Assembly: GCA_032654565.1 (NCBI GenBank)
Contig: JAULAX010000015.1
Location: forward strand, 544,001-608,000
Origin: Anaeromyxobacteraceae bacterium
Lineage (GTDB): Bacteria > Myxococcota > Myxococcia > Myxococcales > Anaeromyxobacteraceae
Length of the DNA: 64,000 bases
Reading direction: 5' to 3'
This document shows positions 13,493 to 23,725 of the stretch, piece after piece. Numbering within the stretch: position 1 is the first letter of the stretch; the number at the start of each line of letters is the position of its first letter. The translations under genes were made by a program, and so were the position numbers. Under the pieces are notes generated by a model. It searched no databases, was not told where the DNA came from, and saw only the letters and a list, made by a program, of their open reading frames with translations.

Positions 13493-13642
13493 AGTGGTCC
13501 CAACCACCCCGAGGAGGCCGCAGATAACCAACCCGAGGCAGCTGTTCACATCTGCGTAGCACCACCGGCGAGAGCCGGACCCGCGCCCGAGCACAGGCGC
13601 CCAATGTGGTGGAGAAGAGGCCCCCGACACGGGCCTCTTCTC
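13493..13642 (+). ncRNA. Candidate ~150-nt small RNA of unknown family
   Basis: Consecutive stems (gtggt/accac; cgcagat/atctgcg; caccac/gtggtg enclosing ccggc-GAGA-gccgg and gcgcc/ggcgc) then a 12-bp terminal stem; upstream promoter-like motif; antisense to both flanking genes. Confidence 0.55.
13612..13642. terminator. Perfect 12-bp hairpin, possibly a bidirectional terminator
   Basis: gagaagaggccc-ccgacac-gggcctcttctc, 13 bp after the fadH stop. Confidence 0.75.
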
Positions 13643-13655
13643 GTGTCCGGGCCCC

Positions 13656-15740
<2,085 letters not shown>

Positions 15741-15746
15741 CTACTG

Positions 15747-15917
15747 GACAACGAGGTGAACTACAGTCCGCGCTGCCAGACCGGCGGCCGGATCCTCTCC
15801 GACCGGTCGCTGGCCCGCCTGCTCAAGGCCGACTGGCCGCGGACCATCGAGGCGCTGGAGCAGCACCCGGTCCTGTCGAAGCCGCGGGAGCCCCGGAGAC
15901 CCGGGGGCGCGAGATGA
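15747..15917 (+). pseudogene. 3'-terminal remnant of an Fpg/Nei-family DNA glycosylase gene
   Basis: [38 protein letters not shown] resembles the C-terminal zinc-finger tail I recall for an Fpg/Nei subfamily (NYCPxCQTGGxxLADRxLSRLLKxDWP); first Cys is replaced and the rest of the gene is absent. Confidence 0.7.
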
Positions 15918-15929
15918 GTGGAAAGCAGA

Positions 15930-16240
15930 CCTTCGGCCTCAAGCGAATCGCGTCACTAGCCAACGCTGCCGGCGGCGAGCTGGAAGCCGCTGCCCGTGGC
16001 ATCAACGGGATCGGCCGGGGCGCGAAGAGGCCGTCACTGTTGGGTTTGGGAGCGATTTGTGCTTGACGCCTTCGGCCGCGATTTCACGTTCCGCGAACGA
16101 AGTCGCGCGAGAATGCCCTCCAGGCGCGCGCCGTGGCTTGCCGGCGAGCGCGCGGCGCGAGCGGTAGGTCCGCGAGGCCGGCGACGGATTGCGTTGCCCT
16201 GGAGCCGAATACGCGCGTTGGGCGAGGGCCGAAAATGTCG
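15930..16240 (+). other. Structured non-coding region upstream of HNH gene (candidate RNA or element end)
   Basis: Nested pairings aatcgc/gcgatt, ccaac/gttgg, ttcggcc/ggccgaa, ctccagg/cctggag, gcgattt/aagtcgc, cgttc/gaacg; TTGACG at 16063. Confidence 0.4.
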
Positions 16241-16255
16241 TGAGACGATTGGCGC

Positions 16256-17485
16256 ATGAACACCAACGCGCACCTGACCCCATCCTCGGCCGCGGTTTCG
16301 GCTCACGCAGCGGCCAGCCTCCCCCTCGAACTTCGTGAAGCCCGCCAGGCCCGGGACACCCTCGCCACCCTGCTCGGGCGCGAGCAGTCCGCGATGGCCG
16401 AATTCCTGCTGGCCCTTTCCGACTTCGATCGGCGCCGCGGCTGGGAGCTGCTCGGGCACGCCTCGCTGTTCGCGTTCCTGCGGCATGGGCTGGGGCTCCC
16501 AAACGGCCCCGCCTTCTATCGGATGAGCGCGGTCCGGCTCCTCCACCGCTTCCCCGAGATCATCGGGCCCCTCCGGGACGGCCGCCTGTGCCTGACCACG
16601 GTGGCTGAGCTGGCCAAGGTGCTCACCGACGAGAACCGGGCCGAAGTGCTGCCACGTTTCTTCCGAATCTCCACCCGAGATGCCCAGGAACTGGTGGCTG
16701 AGCTGATGCCCCGATCATCGCCGCCGATGAAGACGGTGGTGACGGCCGTGGAGCGGGGCGTGGTCAAGCCGGCGCCGCCGCTGGCGCTGGTGGAACCGGC
16801 CGAGACGACGGCCGACACCCAGCGGCCGCTCGCAGCGCTGACCAGCTCACTTCTGGCGCCAGAAGTGGCGCCAGCCAACCCGGCGCGGGGGGTGGATCAC
16901 CACAGGGAAGTCGAGCCGCTCACGGCCGAGCTGACCCGGCTCCACCTCACGGTGAGCCGCCGGCTGGTGAAGAAGCTCGACGTCGCCCGCGAAGGGCTCG
17001 CGCACGCCATTCCCTGCGCCACGACCGAGCAGGTGCTGGAGGCCGCGCTGGACCTGCTCCTCGAGAAGCAGGCCAAGGCGCGCGGCCAGGTGAAGCGGCC
17101 GCGCAAGACCACCGCGACCGCGACCGTGGCCTCCTCCTCGACCTCGACCACGCCGCGGAACTCGTTCCCGACCCGGCGCGAGCCGCTCTACAGCCGCAAG
17201 GGGCCACGTGGGCACATCCCGGCCGGCCTCCGCCGCGCCGTCTGGGAGCGCGACCAAGGTAGGTGCGTCTGGCCGCTCGACGGCGGGGGCGTATGTGGCT
17301 CGACGCACCGGCTCGAGTTCGACCACCGCGTCCCGCGCGGCCTCAACGGCGAGACCGAGGAGGACAATCTTCGCCTGCTCTGCGAGCGTCACAACAAGCT
17401 GGCGGCGCGGCTCGCGTTCGGAGAGCGATGGATGGGGCGTTACGTCGGTGCGCGAGCGGGGCCGACTGGCCCTTCATCGGGCTGA
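16256..17485 (+). CDS. HNH endonuclease with long N-terminal helical region (DUF222-like architecture)
   Basis: C-terminal RAVWERDQGRC...CGSTHRLEFDH...NLRLLCERHN; N-terminal FDRRRGWELLGHASLFAF. Confidence 0.88.
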   Translation: MNTNAHLTPSSAAVSAHAAASLPLELREARQARDTLATLLGREQSAMAEFLLALSDFDRRRGWELLGHASLFAFLRHGLGLPNGPAFYRMSAVRLLHRFPEIIGPLRDGRLCLTTVAELAKVLTDENRAEVLPRFFRISTRDAQELVAELMPRSSPPMKTVVTAVERGVVKPAPPLALVEPAETTADTQRPLAALTSSLLAPEVAPANPARGVDHHREVEPLTAELTRLHLTVSRRLVKKLDVAREGLAHAIPCATTEQVLEAALDLLLEKQAKARGQVKRPRKTTATATVASSSTSTTPRNSFPTRREPLYSRKGPRGHIPAGLRRAVWERDQGRCVWPLDGGGVCGSTHRLEFDHRVPRGLNGETEEDNLRLLCERHNKLAARLAFGERWMGRYVGARAGPTGPSSG

Positions 17486-18493
17486 CGTGGCCATGACAGC
17501 GCGCAGCGCTTCGGCCAGCGCCTCGGGGTCATCGACGCGGAGGCCGAGGACCTCGGCCCGACGGCGCAAGCCGAAGAGGCCGGCCACCTCCACCGGCGCT
17601 GTGAGGTGGACGTAGAGCAGGGGTGGGCCGATCGGGGAGAGCCGCAGCGCGCGGGCGTGGCCGCGCGCATCCGTGCCGAGGCAGACGGCCCGGACCGCCG
17701 CCAGCGGCACGCTCACTCGCCAGCGCAGCCCCACGCGGACCACCAGCGTGTCGGCCGAGAGCAGCACAGGCCGCAGCACCACGGCGCGGAAGTCGCCCAC
17801 CAGCCAGACCATGCCGTAGAGCCCCACCGCGGTGGCGACCCAGGCCCAGCGCGTGCTCCACTGGGCCACCAGCAGGTGGGTGCCAATGAGCTCGCCGACG
17901 CCAGCCATGGCGATAGCCACCACCACCGCGCCGAAACCGGACCGGCGGTGGATGGTGAAGGCGCGCCATCCTTCAGGAGCGTCCGGGGCACGGCGCCACG
18001 ACGCCAGCGCCAGCCAGAGGATGGCCGCCTCGGTGGCCAGCGCCTCCACGACGCGTGAAGGTCCCAGCGCCTCGCGGGCCGCCTCGCGCAGGGCGTCCTC
18101 GGGCGGCAGCCCGCGGCCCGTGGCGCGCCAGGCCCGCGCCAGCCGGGCCGCCCTCCACGCCAGCACGCCCAGGAAGGCCGCCTCGCCGAGCCCCGCCAGC
18201 GCCAGCAGCCAGGGGCGTGATCCGCTGGCCAGCAGGCGGCCCGCCATGGCGGCTCCGGTGGCAAAGACGGCCGCCAGCGTGACGGCGCCCGACGCGCCGG
18301 TCCTCACCAGCGTGAACCAGCAGAGGAGGGTGGCGGTGACGGTGAGATCGAAGGCCACCGCGGTCGCCAACGCGTCGGGGTGGCGGGCGAACGCGCCGGA
18401 GTGGAGGGCCTGCCAGGACGCCCAGAGAAGCAGGGCGATTCCCGCCAGGAAGGCGGGGTAGGGGTGACGGTGCACCGTGGTCACGCCAGCCAT
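17474..18493 (-). CDS. Multi-pass membrane protein with possible C-terminal PH-like domain
   Basis: Several TM segments; LVVRVGLRWRVSVPLAAVR...LRVDDPEAL tail. Confidence 0.65.
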   Translation of the reverse strand: MAGVTTVHRHPYPAFLAGIALLLWASWQALHSGAFARHPDALATAVAFDLTVTATLLCWFTLVRTGASGAVTLAAVFATGAAMAGRLLASGSRPWLLALAGLGEAAFLGVLAWRAARLARAWRATGRGLPPEDALREAAREALGPSRVVEALATEAAILWLALASWRRAPDAPEGWRAFTIHRRSGFGAVVVAIAMAGVGELIGTHLLVAQWSTRWAWVATAVGLYGMVWLVGDFRAVVLRPVLLSADTLVVRVGLRWRVSVPLAAVRAVCLGTDARGHARALRLSPIGPPLLYVHLTAPVEVAGLFGLRRRAEVLGLRVDDPEALAEALRAVMATSAR

Positions 18494-18544
18494 CGTACCC
18501 AAACTTCGCCCCGCTTCGCCGGACTTGTGCTCTGCTCCTCAGCC

Positions 18545-19642
18545 ATGCGGAGCGAGGAGATCAGGACGCAGCGCGAGCGCCACGGCCGCAAGGCGGTGGC
18601 GGTGCTCCCCATCCACTACCCGAAGGCGCTGCTCACCGGGCTCGACCTGCTGGCGGTGGAGCTCTGGGGGCCGCCCGGCCCGCCGCGCGGCGACCAGGCC
18701 GGGCGCATCCAGGCCTACGTCTGCGCGGTGGTCCGCAACGCCCTGGCCTTCCTGGCCGGCGGCCACGCCGACGCCGTCGACGGCGTCCTCTTCCCCCACA
18801 CCTGCGACTCGCTCCAGCAGCTGGCCACGCTGGCCACCGATCTCGGCGGCTGGAAGAAGCCGGCCTTCACCTTCCTCCACCCGCGCGGCCCCGACCGGCC
18901 CAGCGCCCGACGCTTCCTGGAGGCGGAGCTGCGCCGGCTGGCCGGGACGCTGGAGGCGCTGGCCGGCCGCCCCCTCACCGACGAGCGGCTGGCGGCGGCG
19001 CTGGCGCTCCACGCCGAGGTGGACGCGGCGCGGGCGGCGCTGCTCGAGGCCCGGGCCCGGCTGCCCATGGACGACACCCGGCTCTACGCGCTGCTGCGGC
19101 GCGGCGAGTGGCGCTGGCCGGCCGACCACCTCATCGAGCTGCGCGCGGCGCTGGCCACGCTGGCCGACCGGCCGGTGCAGCGGGGCCTGCCCATCCTGGT
19201 GACCGGCTACGTGCCGGAGCCGGCGGCGCTGCTCGGCACGCTCAACCAGGCCGGCGCCTACCTGGCCGCCGACGACTACGCGGCGGTGGGGCGGCGGGTG
19301 GTCCGGGCCGCGCCGGCCCCGTCGGCCGACCCCTGGAAGACCCTGGTGGACCTGCACTTCGCCGCGCCCCCCTGCCCCACCCGCGCCGCCGACACCGCCC
19401 CGCGCATGGCCCACCTGGCCGGGCTGGCGGAGCGGAGCGGGGCCCGCGGCGTGCTGGTCCACGTGCAGAAGTTCTGCGAGCCGGAGCTCTTCGACGTGCC
19501 GGTGATCCGCGAGACCTTCGCGGCCCGCGGCCTGCCGGTGCTGGTGCTGGAGGGGGAGCTGGAGGGGACGCTCTCCGGCCAGGCGGTGACCCGGCTGGAG
19601 GCCTTCGTGGAGCTGCTGGGTGCGGCCGGGAGGGCGGCGTGA
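18545..19642 (+). CDS. 2-hydroxyacyl-CoA dehydratase / benzoyl-CoA reductase family subunit (HgdB/BcrC-like)
   Basis: Fe-S Cys motifs QAYVCAVV, PHTCDS, PPCP, KFCEP; C-terminal TRLEAFVE. Confidence 0.85.
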   Translation: MRSEEIRTQRERHGRKAVAVLPIHYPKALLTGLDLLAVELWGPPGPPRGDQAGRIQAYVCAVVRNALAFLAGGHADAVDGVLFPHTCDSLQQLATLATDLGGWKKPAFTFLHPRGPDRPSARRFLEAELRRLAGTLEALAGRPLTDERLAAALALHAEVDAARAALLEARARLPMDDTRLYALLRRGEWRWPADHLIELRAALATLADRPVQRGLPILVTGYVPEPAALLGTLNQAGAYLAADDYAAVGRRVVRAAPAPSADPWKTLVDLHFAAPPCPTRAADTAPRMAHLAGLAERSGARGVLVHVQKFCEPELFDVPVIRETFAARGLPVLVLEGELEGTLSGQAVTRLEAFVELLGAAGRAA

Positions 19643-20955
19643 TCTGGCGGCGCGCCCAGTACGAGGTGGCGGGGCGGGTGGCCTTCCCCATGCTCACCGC
19701 GCTCGAGGGGTGGCAGCGCCGGCTCAAGGGCTCGCGCCGCAGGCCGGGGGGCGGGCCGTTCGGGCCGCCGCTGGAGTCGGTGGGCAAGCTCAAGGAGCTG
19801 ATGAGCCACCACTACTTCCAGGGGCGCTACGCCGACGGCGCCGTCCCGGTGGCCTGGGTGAGCAGCGGCTTCCCGGTGGAGATCCTGCGGGCCGCCGGCT
19901 TCCACACCGTCTACCCGGAGAACCACGCCGCGCTCTGCGGCGTCTCCCGCCTGACGCCGGAGTACTCCGACGTGGCCGAGGCCCGCGGCTACTCGCGCGA
20001 CCTGTGCAGCTACGTGCGCACCGACCTCGGCAGCCTGCTCTCGGGGAAGACGCCGGTGGGGCGGCTGCCGCGCCCGCAGCTGCTGGCCTGCTGCACCAAC
20101 ATCTGCCAGACCGTCCTCTACTGGTACCGGGAGCTGGCCCGCCACCTCGACGTGCCGCTGGTGCTCGTCGACACGCCCTTCGTCCACGGCGCCGCCTCGC
20201 CGCACCAGCTGGCCTACGTGGAGGAGCAGCTCGAGGAGCTCTGCCTGGTGGCGGGGCGGGTGAGCGGCCGGGGGCTCGACGCCGGGCGGCTGGCCGAGGT
20301 GACCCGCACCGCGCAGGAGGGCTCGCGCCTCTGGGGCGAGTGCCTGGCCGCCAGCCGGGCCCGGCCCGCCCCCTGGACCGGCATCGACGGCTTCTTCCAC
20401 ATCGCCCCCATCGTCACGCTGCGCGGCAGCGAGGCCTGCAACGACTACTACCGGCTGCTGCGCGACGAGCTGAACGACCGGGTGGCGCGCGGCGTGGGCG
20501 GCTTGAAGGAGGAGAGGCACCGGCTGCTCTGGGACAACCTGCCGGTCTGGTTCGCGGTGCGCCGCTTCTCGACGCTGCTGGCCGAGCGCGGCTTCAACTT
20601 CGTCTCCACCAGCTACACCAACGCCTGGGCCGAGGCCGGGGTGGGGATCGATCCCTCCGATCCGGTCGGCTCGGCGGCGCGGACCTACACCCACATCATC
20701 CTCAACCAGGACCTGCCCAACCGCCACGGCATCCTGCGCCGGCTCTCCCGCGACTACGGCGTGGACGGCGCCATCCTCCACAGCGACCGCTCCTGCAAGC
20801 CCTACTCGATCGGCCAGGTGGACCTGCGCGAGCGGCTGGCGGCCGAGCTGGGGATCCGGGTGCTGCTGCTGGAGGCGGACCACAACGACCCGCGCTCCTG
20901 GGCGGCCGAGCCGGGCGAGAACCGGCTGGCGGCCTTCATGGAGGGGTTCGAGTGA
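19639..20955 (+). CDS. 2-hydroxyacyl-CoA dehydratase / benzoyl-CoA reductase family subunit (HgdA/BcrB-like)
   Basis: YPENHAALCG, GYSRDLCSY, CTNICQT, SDRSCKP, RLAAFME; GTGA overlap with upstream gene. Confidence 0.87.
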   Translation: MIWRRAQYEVAGRVAFPMLTALEGWQRRLKGSRRRPGGGPFGPPLESVGKLKELMSHHYFQGRYADGAVPVAWVSSGFPVEILRAAGFHTVYPENHAALCGVSRLTPEYSDVAEARGYSRDLCSYVRTDLGSLLSGKTPVGRLPRPQLLACCTNICQTVLYWYRELARHLDVPLVLVDTPFVHGAASPHQLAYVEEQLEELCLVAGRVSGRGLDAGRLAEVTRTAQEGSRLWGECLAASRARPAPWTGIDGFFHIAPIVTLRGSEACNDYYRLLRDELNDRVARGVGGLKEERHRLLWDNLPVWFAVRRFSTLLAERGFNFVSTSYTNAWAEAGVGIDPSDPVGSAARTYTHIILNQDLPNRHGILRRLSRDYGVDGAILHSDRSCKPYSIGQVDLRERLAAELGIRVLLLEADHNDPRSWAAEPGENRLAAFMEGFE

Positions 20956-21770
20956 CGGCGGCGGCCAGCGGCGGGGCGGGCGGGGCGGGCGGGGTGGGGG
21001 GCGGCGCGGCCATCGGCGTCGACGTGGGGAGCACCTCCTGCAAGGTGGTGCTGGTGGACGGGGCCGGCCGGTTGCTGGCGAGCCTGCTCGAGCCGACCCA
21101 CCCGCGCACCGAGGAGCAGACCGGGCGGCTGGTGGCGGCGCTGCGGGCCGAGGCCGGGGCCGAGCTGCCGGTGGGGGCGACCGGCTACGGCCGCAAGCGG
21201 GTGGTGGCGGCGCGGGTGCTCACCGAGATCACCTGCCACGCCCGCGGGGCCCACGCCCTGGCCGGCGGCGGCGGGCTGCTGGTGGACATGGGCGGACAGG
21301 ACACCAAGGTGATCGCCATCGGGCCGGGCGGCGAGGTCACCGACTTCTCCATGAACGACAAGTGCGCCGCCGGGACCGGGCGCTTCCTCGAGGTGATCCT
21401 GGCGCGGCTGCAGGTGCCGCTGGCCGAGGTGGCCGCCACCGCGGCCCGGGCCGGGGCGCCGGTGACCGTCTCCAGCACCTGCACCGTCTTCGCCGAGAGC
21501 GAGGTGATCTCGCTGGTGGCCGAGGGGCGACCGGTCGAGGGGATCGTCCGCGGGCTGCACGTGGCGCTGGCCTCGCGGGTGGCGGCGCTGGCGCGCGGCC
21601 GGCTCGGCGCCGGGCCGGTGCTGCTGAGCGGCGGGGTGGCGCTCAACGTCGCCATGGTGACGGCGCTGGCCGAGGCGCTGGGGCGGCCGGTGCAGGTGCT
21701 GCCCGGGCCGCAGCTGGTGGGGGCGCTGGGGGCGGCGCTGTCGGTGCTGCCCCGCCCTGCCGGGTCCTAG
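20952..21770 (+). CDS. ATP-dependent CoA-substrate-specific enzyme activase (HgdC/BadF-like)
   Basis: GVDVGSTSCK, TGYGR, EITCHARG, DMGGQDTK, MNDKCAAGTGRFLE, CTVFAESE; GTGA overlap. Confidence 0.92.
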   Translation: MTAAASGGAGGAGGVGGGAAIGVDVGSTSCKVVLVDGAGRLLASLLEPTHPRTEEQTGRLVAALRAEAGAELPVGATGYGRKRVVAARVLTEITCHARGAHALAGGGGLLVDMGGQDTKVIAIGPGGEVTDFSMNDKCAAGTGRFLEVILARLQVPLAEVAATAARAGAPVTVSSTCTVFAESEVISLVAEGRPVEGIVRGLHVALASRVAALARGRLGAGPVLLSGGVALNVAMVTALAEALGRPVQVLPGPQLVGALGAALSVLPRPAGS

Positions 21771-22342
21771 TCGCCGCGGGCCAGCAGCCGGTCGCGCAGC
21801 CCGTCGTCGATGGGGCGCTCGCCGAGCCAGATGGCGAAGTAGGCGCGGGCGAAGTCGGCCCCCTCGACCAGCGCCAGGCGCCGGCCGTTGAGGGTCAGCT
21901 CGGTGCCCCGGCCGGGGACGTAGGAGAGGGCGTAGCGGTCGCCCGGCTTGACGTCGACGTAGGCGGCGTGGAGCCGCTCGATCCGCTCCCGGAGCGGGGC
22001 CAGCGACTCGCCGGGGAAGTTCTGGGACATGAGCGAGTCGGCCGCGGGGCCGAAGTCGCGCCCCTCGATCCCCACCAGGTAGCTGAACTCGAGGCGGCGG
22101 GCCACGTCGTCGGTCGGGTCGAAGCGCTCCACCCCGGCCGGCAGGTAGAGGGCGGCGGCGTAGACCTTCACCACCCACTTCCAGCGGAAGAGCCCGGCGC
22201 CCTTCAGCTTCACCGGCTGGTCCAGCGCGGCGGCCTCCCCCGGGAAGCGCACGCCGCCCACCGAGACGTCGGCCCGGGCCGGCGGGGACCAGAGGAGGAT
22301 CGCCGCGGCCAGCAGCCCGGCGCCGCGCCTGGCCGGGCTCAC
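21767..22342 (-). CDS. Secreted chalcone-isomerase-like (fatty-acid-binding fold) protein
   Basis: Signal peptide, [43 protein letters not shown] overlaps the Cfa-family stop. Confidence 0.85.
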   Translation of the reverse strand: MSPARRGAGLLAAAILLWSPPARADVSVGGVRFPGEAAALDQPVKLKGAGLFRWKWVVKVYAAALYLPAGVERFDPTDDVARRLEFSYLVGIEGRDFGPAADSLMSQNFPGESLAPLRERIERLHAAYVDVKPGDRYALSYVPGRGTELTLNGRRLALVEGADFARAYFAIWLGERPIDDGLRDRLLARGD

Positions 22343-23487
22343 GCCGCGCTTCCCGGCGCGGGAGCTCCCGCCGCCTTCTCGAACAGGTAGTGGCTGACCA
22401 GCCACTCCTGGCCGCCGCGGTAGCCCCAGAGCTCGGCGCAGGCCATGAAGAAGATCCGCCACATGGCGAGCCGCCGCGGCGCCTGCTCCGGGCCGTAGGC
22501 GCCGGCCAGCGCCGCCAGCGCCGCCGGGCGGGCGGCGTCGAGGTTGGCCAGCCAGGCCTCGGAGGTCTTCTGGTAGTGGCGGCCGTCGACGCGCCAGTGG
22601 TCCACCACCTGGAGGTCGCGCTGGAAGTAGAGGAGCAGGTCGTCGGAGGGCATCTGCCCGCCGGTGAAGAAGTGGGCGCTCATCCAGTCGGAGGCGTCCT
22701 TGACCTCGAACGGGTAGGCGAACTGCTTGTGCGTGAAGATGTGCACGAAGAGCCGGCCGCCGGGGGCCAGCCAGGAGGCGACCCGCCGCAGCAGCGCCTG
22801 GTAGTTGCGCATGTGCTCGAACATCTCCACCGAGAGGATGCGGTCGAAGCGCCGCTCGGTGTCGAAGCTGCGGGCGTCGGCGGTGATCACCTCGACGTTG
22901 CCGAGGCCGCGCTGGCGGGCCCGGGCCTCGATGAAGGCCTTCTGGTCGCGGCTGTTGGAGACGGCGGTGACCTGGGCGTTGGGGAAGCGGGCGGCCAGGT
23001 GGAGCGTCAGCGAGCCCCAGCCGCAGCCGAGGTCGAGCAGGCGCATGCCGTCCTGCACGCCGGCCCGCTCGATGGTGAGGCGCAGCATGGCCTCGTCGCT
23101 GGAGGCGAGGTCGTCGTCGGGGCGCTCCCAGAGGCCGCAGCTGTACTTCAGGTGCGGCGAGAGGACCGCCTCGAAGAAGGCCGGGGGGACCTCGTAGTGC
23201 TGCTCGTTGGCGGCGGCGGTGTGGACGGCCACCTCGCTGCGCCGGCAGGTCTCCACCCAGCGCATCAGCCGGGCGTGGCGCTCCACCTCGTCGCCGCGCC
23301 CCTCCTCGGCGAGCCGCTGGGCGAGCAGGCGGCGGATGCCGAGGCGGATGAGGGCGTCGGGCATGAGCCCGCGCTCGGCGAGGGCGAGGTACCAGGGGGC
23401 GCGAGGAGGCGCGTCGGGGGTGGAGTCGAGGACGGGCGGGGCGGAAACGGCCGACTCGAGCGCGCGACCTGACCGAGAGTAATCCAT
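22339..23487 (-). CDS. Cyclopropane-fatty-acyl-phospholipid-synthase-family SAM methyltransferase
   Basis: [44 protein letters not shown]; start may lie downstream of 23487. Confidence 0.9.
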   Translation of the reverse strand: MDYSRSGRALESAVSAPPVLDSTPDAPPRAPWYLALAERGLMPDALIRLGIRRLLAQRLAEEGRGDEVERHARLMRWVETCRRSEVAVHTAAANEQHYEVPPAFFEAVLSPHLKYSCGLWERPDDDLASSDEAMLRLTIERAGVQDGMRLLDLGCGWGSLTLHLAARFPNAQVTAVSNSRDQKAFIEARARQRGLGNVEVITADARSFDTERRFDRILSVEMFEHMRNYQALLRRVASWLAPGGRLFVHIFTHKQFAYPFEVKDASDWMSAHFFTGGQMPSDDLLLYFQRDLQVVDHWRVDGRHYQKTSEAWLANLDAARPAALAALAGAYGPEQAPRRLAMWRIFFMACAELWGYRGGQEWLVSHYLFEKAAGAPAPGSAA

Positions 23488-23561
23488 GAGGCCGATCTAA
23501 CGCAGGGCGCAGGGCGGACAACGGCAGGACATCACCCTGATGGAGCGTAAGTATTCGATTT

Positions 23562-23628
23562 GGGGCCTCGGGAGCAGACAACCCTCGGTCAGGGAGGATG
23601 ACCCTCGGTAGGGAGTGTCCGAAGCCCC
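23562..23628. other. Twin-hairpin / direct-repeat element in divergent intergenic region
   Basis: accctcggtcagggag (23581) and accctcggtagggag (23601) enclosed by gaca/tgtc and ggggc/gcccc. Confidence 0.5.
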
Positions 23629-23725
23629 CAGGGGCGGGACGTGGACTGACTCTAGAATCAATCGGCGCTTGTCGCGGCGCGTCGGGGAGGCTACCGTCTC
23701 CTCCTTCCACCACCCGGAGGCCGCC

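Noticed and set aside
13520..13560. GCA GAT AAC (A-D-N) resembling a tmRNA resume/tag sequence
   Set aside because: The frame does not end in an ALAA-type stop and there is no tRNA-like domain or T-loop/CCA end.
12192..13604. 470-aa ORF as a long DksA fusion
   Set aside because: The upstream part overlaps the dehalogenase off-frame; the real start is GTG 12584.
16256..17485. IscB/Cas9-like assignment of the HNH protein
   Set aside because: No PLMP or split RuvC motifs seen, and the HNH domain is C-terminal.
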